Shown here piece by piece: positions 41,188 through 49,714 of a DNA stretch of 64,000 nucleotides. This DNA comes from an uncultured Gammaproteobacteria bacterium (GTDB lineage Bacteria > Patescibacteriota > Microgenomatia > UBA10105 > UBA927), in assembly GCA_964596355.1 (NCBI GenBank), contig CAZQTD010000003.1, positions 20,500-84,499 of the forward strand, written 5' to 3'. The notes under the pieces are model-generated. The model was given only the letters and a program-made list of their open reading frames with translations. It searched no databases and was not told the DNA's origin. The position numbers and the translations under genes are program-made. Position 1 is the first letter of the stretch. Each line of letters begins with the position of its first letter.

Positions 41188-42003
41188 TCATTGTATGCAA
41201 AAAAAGCTTCCCACGCTAGTGAGCTCTGAAAGTTTGGTTGTTGGGCCGTAAAACGCCGACGCGCTGCCGCCGTCTAAATTCAGCGCATGGAGAACGTTGA
41301 TGTTCGCTTGCGCGGAAAGTTGTGTGATAAGAGACGGAAGCTCGGCAAGAAACGGGCCGTCAAACACAGCGTCTTTGATAAACAAGACGATGAAGTATGC
41401 ATTTCCCGCGTCATCTATTGCCGCAACAACGCGCCGAGCCCGTTCATCGTTTGCAATTGCGAGCGACTGTTTGTCGCCATCGAAAATCAAAAGCGGGCCG
41501 GTTTGGAGAGCAAAAACAGCGGGAACTGTCGGTGGTTCGCGGGAAATTGTCACGCGCTTGTTATATAGCCAGAGGAATCCGTTGATCAAACGATTGTTAA
41601 CCGCTTCACGAATCGTTTGACCGTTTGCTTCCCACAGTCCCAACGGTCTTCCTTCTGTATCATAAAATCCGCCGCTTGCCGCTTGAGTGCAGGCGTACTG
41701 TTGCATAAACGATCGGCTGTCAAGTTTTTCCTCAAAGTTGGGGATAAGAACGATGCCGTCTGGGTCATTGACCGTGATCACGTCGTATGCGTACGTTTCG
41801 TTATTAAGGTGTATAGTTTGGATCGGCGACTGAATCAACGGTGGCGACTGCGTAATCTCTGGAGGGCGCGCTATCATATCCGGCTTTCTCATATACCGAT
41901 ATATGAGAATACCGGCGATGGTTGCAAGAACACAAAAAAACATGATGGACGGCAACACGTTTTTCATGATTAAGCGCCGCCTTTTCGCCATTTGGGCGAA
42001 CAA
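41188..42003 (-). CDS. Phosphodiester glycosidase family protein (DUF2233-like), N-terminal membrane anchor
   Basis: Sequence pattern of the NAGPA-like phosphodiester glycosidase family (…LNLDGGSASAFYGP…). Confidence 0.5.
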   Translation of the reverse strand: MFAQMAKRRRLIMKNVLPSIMFFCVLATIAGILIYRYMRKPDMIARPPEITQSPPLIQSPIQTIHLNNETYAYDVITVNDPDGIVLIPNFEEKLDSRSFMQQYACTQAASGGFYDTEGRPLGLWEANGQTIREAVNNRLINGFLWLYNKRVTISREPPTVPAVFALQTGPLLIFDGDKQSLAIANDERARRVVAAIDDAGNAYFIVLFIKDAVFDGPFLAELPSLITQLSAQANINVLHALNLDGGSASAFYGPTTKLSELTSVGSFFCIQ

Positions 42004-42716
42004 ATGAGGGGCGAAAAAATATCTTCCTCCATGCTGATGGCAAGATTGCTGATTTCTTTTGGCGTGGGCGCGCGAGTTTGAAATGAAACAAACGGCACTT
42101 CATTGATTAGCGCAAGAGGAGTTTGCTCATTGCCCTCGCCCATTGCGACCACTGCAGCCGCGGCAAGGCCATCAAGTACGCTTGCTTTTGTCACGCGGAG
42201 TGGCCGTCCAAAAATGTCGGGCGTCCCGCGATAATCTTTAAGCGCTTTAAATCCGCACCACGAAATGCCTATGCCGGTTGTGCCCCACCGCAGCGGCGTT
42301 GTATGGCTATCGGTGATAAGTACGCCTACGTGCGTCAAGCGGTGGGTTTTTCGTAGGTGATGCCAAATTTCGCTCGCGCGCTGGTGGACGTTTTTTGGCC
42401 ATAAAATATAATAGCCATCTCCATTGCTTTCATCGATGCCGCCGCTTGCAATTACTGTGTTGTCTTTGATGGTTAAGATAATACCGTATTTGGAAAGACA
42501 TTCGTCCTCCAGATACCACTGTGATTCACTGCGGATAAGCGCACGCTTGTCATCGATCGTTCCATGGGCCCGCACATCGCCGTTGCAAATGCTTATGATT
42601 TTTGATGTGACTGCGACGATACACTGTTCTTGCAGCGGCGGCAGAGATGTATCCAGAATATCAAACAGTGACGTTCCAACGCGTATTTTTTTCGTTTTGA
42701 CCGGGGTAATGATCAT
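41970..42716 (-). CDS. CofE-like gamma-glutamyl ligase family protein (F420-0:gamma-glutamyl ligase-like)
   Basis: GIDESNG and DSHTTPLRWGTTGIGI...DYRGTPDIFGRPLRVT...DGLAAAAVVAMGE are the hallmarks of the CofE fold. Confidence 0.6.
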   Translation of the reverse strand: MIITPVKTKKIRVGTSLFDILDTSLPPLQEQCIVAVTSKIISICNGDVRAHGTIDDKRALIRSESQWYLEDECLSKYGIILTIKDNTVIASGGIDESNGDGYYILWPKNVHQRASEIWHHLRKTHRLTHVGVLITDSHTTPLRWGTTGIGISWCGFKALKDYRGTPDIFGRPLRVTKASVLDGLAAAAVVAMGEGNEQTPLALINEVPFVSFQTRAPTPKEISNLAISMEEDIFSPLICSPKWRKGGA

Positions 42717-42952
42717 GAAGGATAGTGTACGCTTTTTTGTTTTTTTACCAAAAGTGCGAGCAGGTGCTGCTTAGGCTCGGTCTTGGCGCTTGCCTTTTTA
42801 CGTCATTGTTAATATGATCCGCGTGTTTGATCATACGATCAAGCTTTTAGATCTATGTCAACTCTTCGTTTTTTTCGTGCATAAGGTTCACAATAATTGC
42901 ACAAGGCGGGGGTAGCGTTGCATAGTCATCAGCATGCAGAGTAAGACAACGA

Positions 42953-43387
42953 TTAATTGAATAGTTCATACAAATATAAGCTTATTTGTACAGTATTTAA
43001 GGCTACCACAGCCCATGAAATAATAGAGCTAATGTTCATTGCTTTTTCAAATGAAAATGCCCACCGGCTATCATTCGTTTTGGTAAGTGCATATATGCCA
43101 ATCATCCACGCAGTTACTGCTGTACGCATAATATACGCCGCATGAATGCCGTACTCCTGTTTTATTGGTGATCCCAAAATACCAATTTCTGCAAAACCCG
43201 CAAGCGATATTCCTATCGATGTGGTAACGATATCAGCAACGCCTGATCCCCAAAATAATGTCATTAAGCGTTTTTCTTTCATTAAAAATAGGCAGCTGAA
43301 TTGATTATATCGGTTTCTATGTATTATATCAACGGCACAGAAGCACACCAACGATGCTGCGAAGCCGATAAAACGCATGATAAACAC
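42953..43387 (-). CDS. Hypothetical integral membrane protein (AT-rich gene)
   Basis: Four predicted hydrophobic helices and no recognisable motif. GC is visibly lower than in neighbouring genes. Confidence 0.4.
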   Translation of the reverse strand: MFIMRFIGFAASLVCFCAVDIIHRNRYNQFSCLFLMKEKRLMTLFWGSGVADIVTTSIGISLAGFAEIGILGSPIKQEYGIHAAYIMRTAVTAWMIGIYALTKTNDSRWAFSFEKAMNISSIISWAVVALNTVQISLYLYELFN

Positions 43388-43483
43388 AAGGGGCCTAACG
43401 CTTTGAGGAGCTATCGGCGGTGTGAAGCTGTATCACCCCAGGGGTGTGCAGTAGCACATCCGGCGACGCAATTCTGCATGCGC

Positions 43484-44011
43484 CTACGATTCATCTTGGA
43501 ACTTTTTGTGTGCTCTTTCTATTCTATGAAGAGCTTCCTCTTTGCCGTGCCAATCTTTTACATGGACTGTTTTATGCTCAAGATGTTTATATTCCTTAAA
43601 GAACTGTTCGATTTCATCGCGATAATGCTTGTCAATATCAGAAACGTTTTGTATAGAAGAGAGCTTAGGATCGGAATCAGCGACAGCCACAATCTTCCAG
43701 TCCGTGCCGGCTTCATCGGACATATCCAGAATACCTACCGGCCGCGCCTGAACTACGCATCCGGGAAATAACGGGTCGGTGATAAGAACAAGCGCATCAA
43801 GGCTGTCGCCGTCATCGGACCGCGTGTTGGGGATGAATCCATAATCCGTTGGGTAAAAAACCGCGGAGTGAAGCACGCGGTCGAGCTTGATTTCGTCCAA
43901 TTTCTCATCGTATTCATATTTATGGTGGGAGCCCCTTGGTATTTCAATGACGACGTTTATATGCTCCGGCGCATCTTTGCCGATAGGAATGTGTGCATAT
44001 GACATATACAA
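43484..44011 (-). CDS. ppa: Inorganic pyrophosphatase (family I)
   Basis: Metal-binding motifs DGDSLDALV...ILDMSDEAG. Confidence 0.9.
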   Translation of the reverse strand: MYMSYAHIPIGKDAPEHINVVIEIPRGSHHKYEYDEKLDEIKLDRVLHSAVFYPTDYGFIPNTRSDDGDSLDALVLITDPLFPGCVVQARPVGILDMSDEAGTDWKIVAVADSDPKLSSIQNVSDIDKHYRDEIEQFFKEYKHLEHKTVHVKDWHGKEEALHRIERAHKKFQDES

Positions 44012-44157
44012 AACTCCTTTCTATTTACCCTAGCACAAACGCCGCATCTCCTGCAACCTCGGCTCATGACGGTATGAGTGAATGTCGTGATATGCGTTGG
44101 CTTTTGTTAAATCGAGGTGAGGGGAATAGCGCCGCGCCGCCAGTTCTGACAGTCAGA

Positions 44158-44685
44158 CTATTCTTCGGGCGGTAGGAATTCCTCACCGGGCGTGAGCCTG
44201 GTTTCGCCCGCCTTGAGCCATTCTACATATGGGCAGCCGGTGGGCTGGCGCGCCGCGCGGTCCCAGCCTGCGGTAGAGCATTTTTTCATGCGTTTGCCTG
44301 CATTGGTCGTAAAAAGCACAAGCGGCTGGCCGCAGTTCGGACACTTTTCATCAAGCGTTTCCGTGGTGCCGTTTATCCATTGCACGTAAGTACAGCCGGT
44401 TGGTTTTTTAGCAACCTTATCCCAGCCTCCTGTTGAACACCGTTTCATCTTTTTGCCAAAGCGCGTCAGTTGCAAAACCAGCGCAGATCCGCAGTTGGGA
44501 CACGCTTCATCAAGCATCTGCGGCTCAACCGGCAGCCACAATACGTAGTTACACCCTTCGGTTTTGCGTGTTTCTTTATTCCAAACGCCTTTGGAGCACC
44601 GTTTGAGCTTGCGCCCCGTCGGCGTTTCTATAACATCTGTTAGTGATGATCCGCATTTGGGACAAACACTGGTATCTGTATTCAT
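44158..44685 (-). CDS. Triple-repeat zinc-ribbon protein (3 x ~56 aa, Cys4 each; GRF/topoisomerase-type zinc-finger-like)
   Basis: Repeats CP(K/N)CG-x13-(G)R/K-x-(L/M)K(R/K)CS-x-G-W-x13-GC-x-YV-x-W occur three times. 12 Cys in 175 aa. Confidence 0.6.
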   Translation of the reverse strand: MNTDTSVCPKCGSSLTDVIETPTGRKLKRCSKGVWNKETRKTEGCNYVLWLPVEPQMLDEACPNCGSALVLQLTRFGKKMKRCSTGGWDKVAKKPTGCTYVQWINGTTETLDEKCPNCGQPLVLFTTNAGKRMKKCSTAGWDRAARQPTGCPYVEWLKAGETRLTPGEEFLPPEE

Positions 44686-44751
44686 AAAACCACAATAGCA
44701 CGATTGACAAGAGTTATGAAGAAGGAAAACACATGCGGTTCGTCAACCGCG

Positions 44752-44780
44752 TCGACACAGGTGGTTCGATTTGATATAAT
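44752..44780 (+). promoter_or_regulatory. tRNA-Glu promoter TCGACA-17-TATAAT, 10 nt upstream of the mature tRNA 5' end
   Basis: Near-consensus hexamers and spacing. Confidence 0.55.
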
Positions 44781-44790
44781 TGTTACTGCC

Positions 44791-44864
44791 GCCCCCATCG
44801 TCTAGCGGCCTAGGACGACTGGTTTTCAGCCAGTAAATCCGCGGTTCGAATCCGCGTGGGGGTA
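44791..44864 (+). tRNA. tRNA-Glu (anticodon UUC)
   Basis: GCCCCCATCGTCTAGCGGCCTAGGACGACTGGTTTTCAGCCAGTAAATCCGCGGTTCGAATCCGCGTGGGGGTA. Anticodon loop TTTTCAG. Confidence 0.8.
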
Positions 44865-44998
44865 CCGAGTTGCCGCGACGGTCTTCCGTGTTTTCGAATT
44901 GTGAGCGATAACACTGATTAACACTATTGATTCATCAAGACGTTTGAGACGTACTCATAATCATCGGGTGACTCCGGTTATGCTATGCTATAGCTACG

Positions 44999-45235
44999 AT
45001 GGTTTCGGATACGCTTATTAGCGGCGCGACGCATCTTTGCAAAACCCACGATGAGGTTTCGTACCCGTTATTTCAACGTGTGCTTATGATTGACGCTGAT
45101 ACTGCCGAAGAGGTATTTGACGAGCTTGTTCGTATTGGTTTGGTTGACATCGTGCGAATCGAAGGCGAAGATGATGATAACGTTGTAATTGGCCAAGTAA
45201 ATAAAGAACGAATACAACAATTAGACGTACATTGA
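44999..45235 (+). CDS. Hypothetical small acidic protein (78 aa)
   Basis: ORF only. A TATGCTATGCTATAGCTA motif ends 3 nt before the ATG, so the mRNA is possibly leaderless. Confidence 0.3.
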   Translation: MVSDTLISGATHLCKTHDEVSYPLFQRVLMIDADTAEEVFDELVRIGLVDIVRIEGEDDDNVVIGQVNKERIQQLDVH

Positions 45236-45239
45236 TCGT

Positions 45240-45719
45240 ATGGCCACATATTATCTTTGGCTTACGTTCCTTGCGATCTGTGTCGCCGGATCATTTGTTA
45301 CCTACTGGTTCCTCACGGGCATGTTGAACCCGTTTATTGAAGCAGTGGTCGGCATCGTTATTACCGGCGTCCTTACGGTTGCGTCTTTTTTTCTTACGCC
45401 GTTCATGCGTTTCGGTCAATTACTCATGCGTGGATTTGGCAGAATTCCGCTATCAATGAAAGCTATTCTGTATTTCTGTATCGGATGCGGAGTTTTTATC
45501 TTCGATCATTACTACAACACCACGATATTCGCCAAAGAGGAAATGACGTTTTACCTGTTAAACATTATGGGAACTGCGTACAGGGTAACAGAGATTGCCT
45601 GCTGGATTGGCGGCTTTTTCCTATTTTTATGCGCACGCATCGTTCTTAAGGGGTTTGGTGCGCTTTTTCATTACACATTTGACCGGACAATACGCATATC
45701 TGTTTTGATATATCGATAA
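45240..45719 (+). CDS. Hypothetical integral membrane protein (159 aa, 4-5 transmembrane helices)
   Basis: Hydrophobicity pattern only. Confidence 0.35.
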   Translation: MATYYLWLTFLAICVAGSFVTYWFLTGMLNPFIEAVVGIVITGVLTVASFFLTPFMRFGQLLMRGFGRIPLSMKAILYFCIGCGVFIFDHYYNTTIFAKEEMTFYLLNIMGTAYRVTEIACWIGGFFLFLCARIVLKGFGALFHYTFDRTIRISVLIYR

Positions 45720-45777
45720 GTCGCGCAGAGATGCGTGATATGTTGCGTCAGTTTGTTGGAGCTGTGAGCACCGTCTG

Positions 45778-46362
45778 TTACTTGGCCCAGCAGTTCCTGC
45801 ACCGCGCCTCGTACGCGTCGGTGCGGCCCACGAGCTCGGGATCGGCTTCAAGTGGGTTAATGCGTGCCGTACTGTTGGTAATACGCTTATGGAAGAGAGC
45901 CTCTTCTCCGCACAGTGTGCAAATTGCAGAAAGCTTGGTGGCTTTATCAGCCAAGGCCAAAAGCGCAGGGACAGGTACAAACGGTTGCCGATCGTATGTC
46001 ATGGCTAATCCCGACACAATCACGTGTTTTCCCGCATCCACAAGTTTCATAACCGCGGAAACAAGCTCCTTGCCAAACCACTGCGCTTCATCTATGGCAA
46101 CGACTTCGGTATCCGGTCGCACACGCGCAAGTATTTGCTTTGCGCTTCGTACAAGTTCTGATTCAAAGCTTATGCCGGCATGGGAAAATATCTTGCGGTC
46201 TTTGCCATAGCGCGTATCGATGGCATGCTTAAAGACTTGTACCCGCTTCTTTGCGATCGTGGCGCGTTTGACTTGACGGATGAGCTCTTCAGTTTTACCG
46301 CAGTACATAGGGCCGGCGATGACTTCCAAATATCCGCGGTTCCGTTTCACAGTTTGCTTCAT
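45778..46362 (-). CDS. tdk: Thymidine kinase
   Basis: P-loop GPMYCGKTEEL and C-terminal zinc ribbon CTLCG...CRNC. Start set at the ATG (MKQTVK). The track start at 46398 is a GTG. Confidence 0.85.
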   Translation of the reverse strand: MKQTVKRNRGYLEVIAGPMYCGKTEELIRQVKRATIAKKRVQVFKHAIDTRYGKDRKIFSHAGISFESELVRSAKQILARVRPDTEVVAIDEAQWFGKELVSAVMKLVDAGKHVIVSGLAMTYDRQPFVPVPALLALADKATKLSAICTLCGEEALFHKRITNSTARINPLEADPELVGRTDAYEARCRNCWAK

Positions 46363-46401
46363 AGCTTTAAGTATATACCGACGACAGTCTGTGTGCACGA
46401 T

Positions 46402-46427
46402 GTTACTATGTTTTAAAACATAGTAAC
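46402..46427. promoter_or_regulatory. Perfect 26-bp palindrome GTTACTATGTTTTAAAACATAGTAAC upstream of tdk; second copy of the dnaE-upstream element
   Basis: Seen directly. Reverse complement is identical. Confidence 0.5.
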
Positions 46428-46466
46428 AGGGGTGATTTTGATATTGTTCGTATTATTTTCGTTATA

Positions 46467-46495
46467 TTGACACTTTTATTCGGGTTTTTTACGAT
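46467..46495 (+). promoter_or_regulatory. Promoter TTGACA-17-TACGAT, 8 nt upstream of the ATG at 46504 (leaderless-type)
   Basis: Hexamers and spacing. Confidence 0.4.
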
Positions 46496-46503
46496 AACTT
46501 CGT

Positions 46504-46758
46504 ATGCCGGAAGTTATTGATGAATCCATTTCCGTTGATCTTCTTAGCAACCACATGAAAGGCACAGCGTACCCGTGGATCATCCATTGGCGGGGGAATC
46601 GGTACATGATAACCAACGTCGGCCTCCATTACACGACGCGTGAAGGTAGGACGCTGATTCACATATTCTCCGTCACCGATGGCAACACGTTCTTTAAGCT
46701 CCGGTTTAATACCGAGAATCTGGGGTGGAAATTGCTGGAAATAGACACAATAAATTAA
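46504..46758 (+). CDS. Hypothetical 84-aa protein upstream of dinB (strand uncertain; an overlapping 97-aa ORF exists on the minus strand at 46489-46782)
   Basis: The plus-strand ORF has a consensus promoter and a more protein-like composition. No motif recognised. Confidence 0.35.
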   Translation: MPEVIDESISVDLLSNHMKGTAYPWIIHWRGNRYMITNVGLHYTTREGRTLIHIFSVTDGNTFFKLRFNTENLGWKLLEIDTIN

Positions 46759-46837
46759 CCCAATTGATCTAATTGACCACATGTTTAAGCAAATTCCAAT
46801 TTCCCAATGTAAGTATTGGCGCTTATTTTAGAATAAT

Positions 46838-48163
46838 ATGGATTTTGCCTCCGAGTTTCCCACCATCATGCACATAGATCTCAATTCGTGCTTTGCCACG
46901 ATTGAACAGCAGGCAAATCCGCTTCTGCGGGGCAAACCTGTGGCTGTAGCGGCATACACGACGAGCCGCGGGTGTATTCTAGCCGCGTCAACGGAAGCCA
47001 AGCGTTTGGGAGTCAAAACCGGCATGCGGGTAATCGACGGCAGGACGCTTGTACCGCGCCTAGTTGTCCTTCCGCCGGATCCGGAGAAATACCGATGGGT
47101 GAATCAAAAACTTCAGATCCTGCTTGGCTCCTATACGCCATATTGTTCGATTGAATCGATTGATGAAATCGTGATGGATGTCAAAATACACCGTCTCATT
47201 GCGCCATTGCTTCATGGTCAAAATAACCATGAAACCATGGAACCATGGAAGAATAATTTCTTGAATAATAGACGCATCATTGATGCCATGACGCGAATCG
47301 CTCAAGAGATTAAGAAGCGGATAAAAGCAGAGATTGGCGAGTGGTTGACTGTCTCCATTGGTATTGCGCCCAACCGGTATCTGGCGAAAGTTGCCTCTGG
47401 CCTCCATAAACCGGATGGGCTGGACGTCATTACCAAAGAAACGATCACGCCGGTTTTTGAACGTTTGACTCTTGAGGATCTCTGCGGCATCAAGCAGGGG
47501 ATAGCCAATCGCCTGCGCGCAAGCGGCATTACGACGCCGGTTGCGATGCTTGCCGCTCCTGCGCAGACACTTGTGCGGGCGCTTAACTCCATAACCGGTT
47601 ACCACTGGTGGCGTCGGCTTCATGGGTACGAAGACGGCGTGGTGTATAAGAAGTTAGACAAAGAGAAAGAGGTCCGGCAAAAGACATTTGGTCAATCGTT
47701 TGCCCTTGGAATAGCGCATATGCCGACACAAGCCGCGACACTGCAAATTCTTTCTCAACTCGTTGCCAAAATGGGAAGACGGCTTCGCAGAAATGGCTTT
47801 ACCGCCCGCGGCGTAGGAGTATCGCTCCTTTTTACCGACGGGAGCCACTGGCATGAGCAAAAAATGGTGCATGGCCATCTTTTTGCCGATGGCGACTTTT
47901 ACTGTCTCGCCGGTGAAATGCTTGCTCACGCCCCAGCGCGTTTGATACGGACGTTAGCGATAACAACCTATAAACTGACGCATGATCTGTATGCGCAGGA
48001 AAGCCTGCTTGCTGAAGAGCAGAGGAAACGGCGCATCACCCAGACTCTTGATGCAGTCCATGATCGCTTTGGCGAGCGAATTGTGATCACCGGCAGAATG
48101 CTTCGGATGGAGCAAAGGGTAGTAGATAGAATTGCCTTTGGCAGGGCAAGGGAACTGGTGTAG
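46838..48163 (+). CDS. dinB: DNA polymerase IV (Y-family translesion polymerase)
   Basis: N-terminus IMHIDLNSCFATIEQQANPLLRGKPVAV and the catalytic-core pattern. Confidence 0.85.
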   Translation: MDFASEFPTIMHIDLNSCFATIEQQANPLLRGKPVAVAAYTTSRGCILAASTEAKRLGVKTGMRVIDGRTLVPRLVVLPPDPEKYRWVNQKLQILLGSYTPYCSIESIDEIVMDVKIHRLIAPLLHGQNNHETMEPWKNNFLNNRRIIDAMTRIAQEIKKRIKAEIGEWLTVSIGIAPNRYLAKVASGLHKPDGLDVITKETITPVFERLTLEDLCGIKQGIANRLRASGITTPVAMLAAPAQTLVRALNSITGYHWWRRLHGYEDGVVYKKLDKEKEVRQKTFGQSFALGIAHMPTQAATLQILSQLVAKMGRRLRRNGFTARGVGVSLLFTDGSHWHEQKMVHGHLFADGDFYCLAGEMLAHAPARLIRTLAITTYKLTHDLYAQESLLAEEQRKRRITQTLDAVHDRFGERIVITGRMLRMEQRVVDRIAFGRARELV

Positions 48164-48175
48164 AATGCGCGTGAT

Positions 48176-49387
48176 ATGACTGACTACCGGCCGCTTGCTG
48201 ACATCCTTAGACCCCAAACGCTGGATGACGTCATAGGGCAGAAGCATCTCGTGGGGAAGAACGGCATAATACGCAGAGTGCTGGCGTCGGGCTTTCTCCC
48301 CTCGATGATTTTCTGGGGTCCTCCCGGCTGCGGAAAAACCACGCTTGCGCATGTGTTAGCCTCTTCAACAGTTGCACATTTTGAGGCGCATTCTGCCGTC
48401 ACGGCGTCTCTGACCGATGTGCGCCGCGTGGTGAAACAGGCCGCTGAACGGCGTAAAACCGGCAAACAAACCGTGTTGTTCATAGATGAAATTCACCGGT
48501 TTAATAAGGCGCAGCAGGACGCGCTTCTACCGCATGTGGAAAAGGGAACCGTGATTTTTATAGGCGCAACCACGGAAAATCCATCGTTTGAGGTCGTTTC
48601 GCCGCTTTTGTCGCGGGTACGCGTATTGGTTCTCAATCCGCTTGACGATCAAGAACTCAATGCTGTTATCGACCGCGGCCTCGCGTATCTTAAGAGAACG
48701 CTTGATATTGAAGCCAGGAAGTTTTTGCTTAGCGCGGCAAACGGCGACGCAAGAAGCGCACTTACTATTCTTGAAATTGCGGCACAATTTAAATCGAGCC
48801 AGATGTCGAAAACAAAAGCGCGTAATCCAAACGCCATATCCGTTCAAGACATTGAAGAAGCTGCGCAGCGAAAAATGCTTCAGTATGATCGTGGCGGAGA
48901 AGAGCATTACAACACAATGAGCGCGTTTATTAAATCCATGCGCGCGGGCGATGTGGACGCGGCGCTTTATTATTTAGCTCGCATGGTAGATGCCGGGGAA
49001 GATCCGCTGTTTATCGCTCGACGAATGGTGGTGTTTGCGTCGGAAGACATTGGGGTTGCTCAACCCACAGCTCTCGTTGTTGCCAACGCGGTATTTGACG
49101 CGTGCCACACAATCGGCTACCCGGAGTGTCAGGAAAATCTTGCGCACGGCGTGGTTTATCTTTGTCTTGCAAAAAAAGATCGGAGTGCCTACGATGCCTA
49201 TATACAAGCTCTTGGTGATGTTAAAAAATACGGAAACCTTCCGATTCCGCTTGTCATCAGAAATGCGCCGACCAAGCTCATGAAGGAGCTACACTACGGC
49301 AAAGGATACAATTACTACCCTATAGAAAGTCTGTTACCTGATAAAATAAAGGGAAAGACGTACTATAAAAGGAGTCAACTCGCGTGA
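48176..49387 (+). CDS. rarA: Replication-associated recombination protein A (AAA+ ATPase RarA/MgsA)
   Basis: Walker A WGPPGCGKTTLAH, Walker B FIDEIHRF, C-terminal MgsA helical domain. Confidence 0.85.
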   Translation: MTDYRPLADILRPQTLDDVIGQKHLVGKNGIIRRVLASGFLPSMIFWGPPGCGKTTLAHVLASSTVAHFEAHSAVTASLTDVRRVVKQAAERRKTGKQTVLFIDEIHRFNKAQQDALLPHVEKGTVIFIGATTENPSFEVVSPLLSRVRVLVLNPLDDQELNAVIDRGLAYLKRTLDIEARKFLLSAANGDARSALTILEIAAQFKSSQMSKTKARNPNAISVQDIEEAAQRKMLQYDRGGEEHYNTMSAFIKSMRAGDVDAALYYLARMVDAGEDPLFIARRMVVFASEDIGVAQPTALVVANAVFDACHTIGYPECQENLAHGVVYLCLAKKDRSAYDAYIQALGDVKKYGNLPIPLVIRNAPTKLMKELHYGKGYNYYPIESLLPDKIKGKTYYKRSQLA

Positions 49388-49465
49388 TGTTGCCGTTCAT
49401 GTTGCAGACAATTTGTCGTGGGATTATAGCGTCAACTGCTTGCGTTTTAAAGGGAGGTGATACCA

Positions 49466-49714
49466 ATGGATGTCCAAATCGGTAAAATAACGCATTATTA
49501 TGACAAAATCGGCGTTGCCGTCGTTGAAGCGATGAATCAGCCGCTTAAAGTAGGCGATAAAGTCAAAATTTCCGGTCACGACAAGGAGTTTATACAGACA
49601 GTGCAATCGCTTCAAGTTGAGCACGAACAGGTTGCGGAATTGAAGCCCAAAGAACGCGGCGGCATGAAAGTGGATGAGCCGGTCAAAGCGGGCGACGTAT
49701 TGTATCTCCTATGA
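49466..49714 (+). CDS. Small EF-Tu domain-2-like beta-barrel protein ('translation elongation factor-like protein' family, ~82 aa)
   Basis: Pattern VQIGKITHYYDKIGVAVVE...LKVGDKVKI.G....F.QTV.SLQ.EH. Strong SD AGGGAGGTGA. Confidence 0.5.
   Translation: MDVQIGKITHYYDKIGVAVVEAMNQPLKVGDKVKISGHDKEFIQTVQSLQVEHEQVAELKPKERGGMKVDEPVKAGDVLYLL

Noticed and set aside
42717-42952. Possible SRP/4.5S-like RNA because of an AAGCAGC segment on the minus strand
   Set aside because: The conserved GGAAGCAGCC/AGGUCAGG context and helix-8 symmetry are missing. More likely promoter/UTR sequence.
36541-44864. Possible genomic island integrated between tRNA-Lys and tRNA-Glu
   Set aside because: No integrase, transposase or phage genes. 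No direct repeat of either tRNA 3' end found in the segment. Gene content is housekeeping or metabolic.
44897-44913. AATTGTGAGCGATAACA just downstream of tRNA-Glu resembles the E. coli lac operator (AATTGTGAGCGGATAACAATT) with one base missing
   Set aside because: No LacI-family gene nearby. The match is imperfect, so it is not cloning-vector sequence. Most likely a chance resemblance, noted only as a curiosity or possible contamination check.
46489-46782. 97-aa minus-strand ORF overlapping the 84-aa plus-strand ORF upstream of dinB
   Set aside because: Proline-rich, odd composition and no promoter. The plus-strand ORF is preferred but with low confidence.
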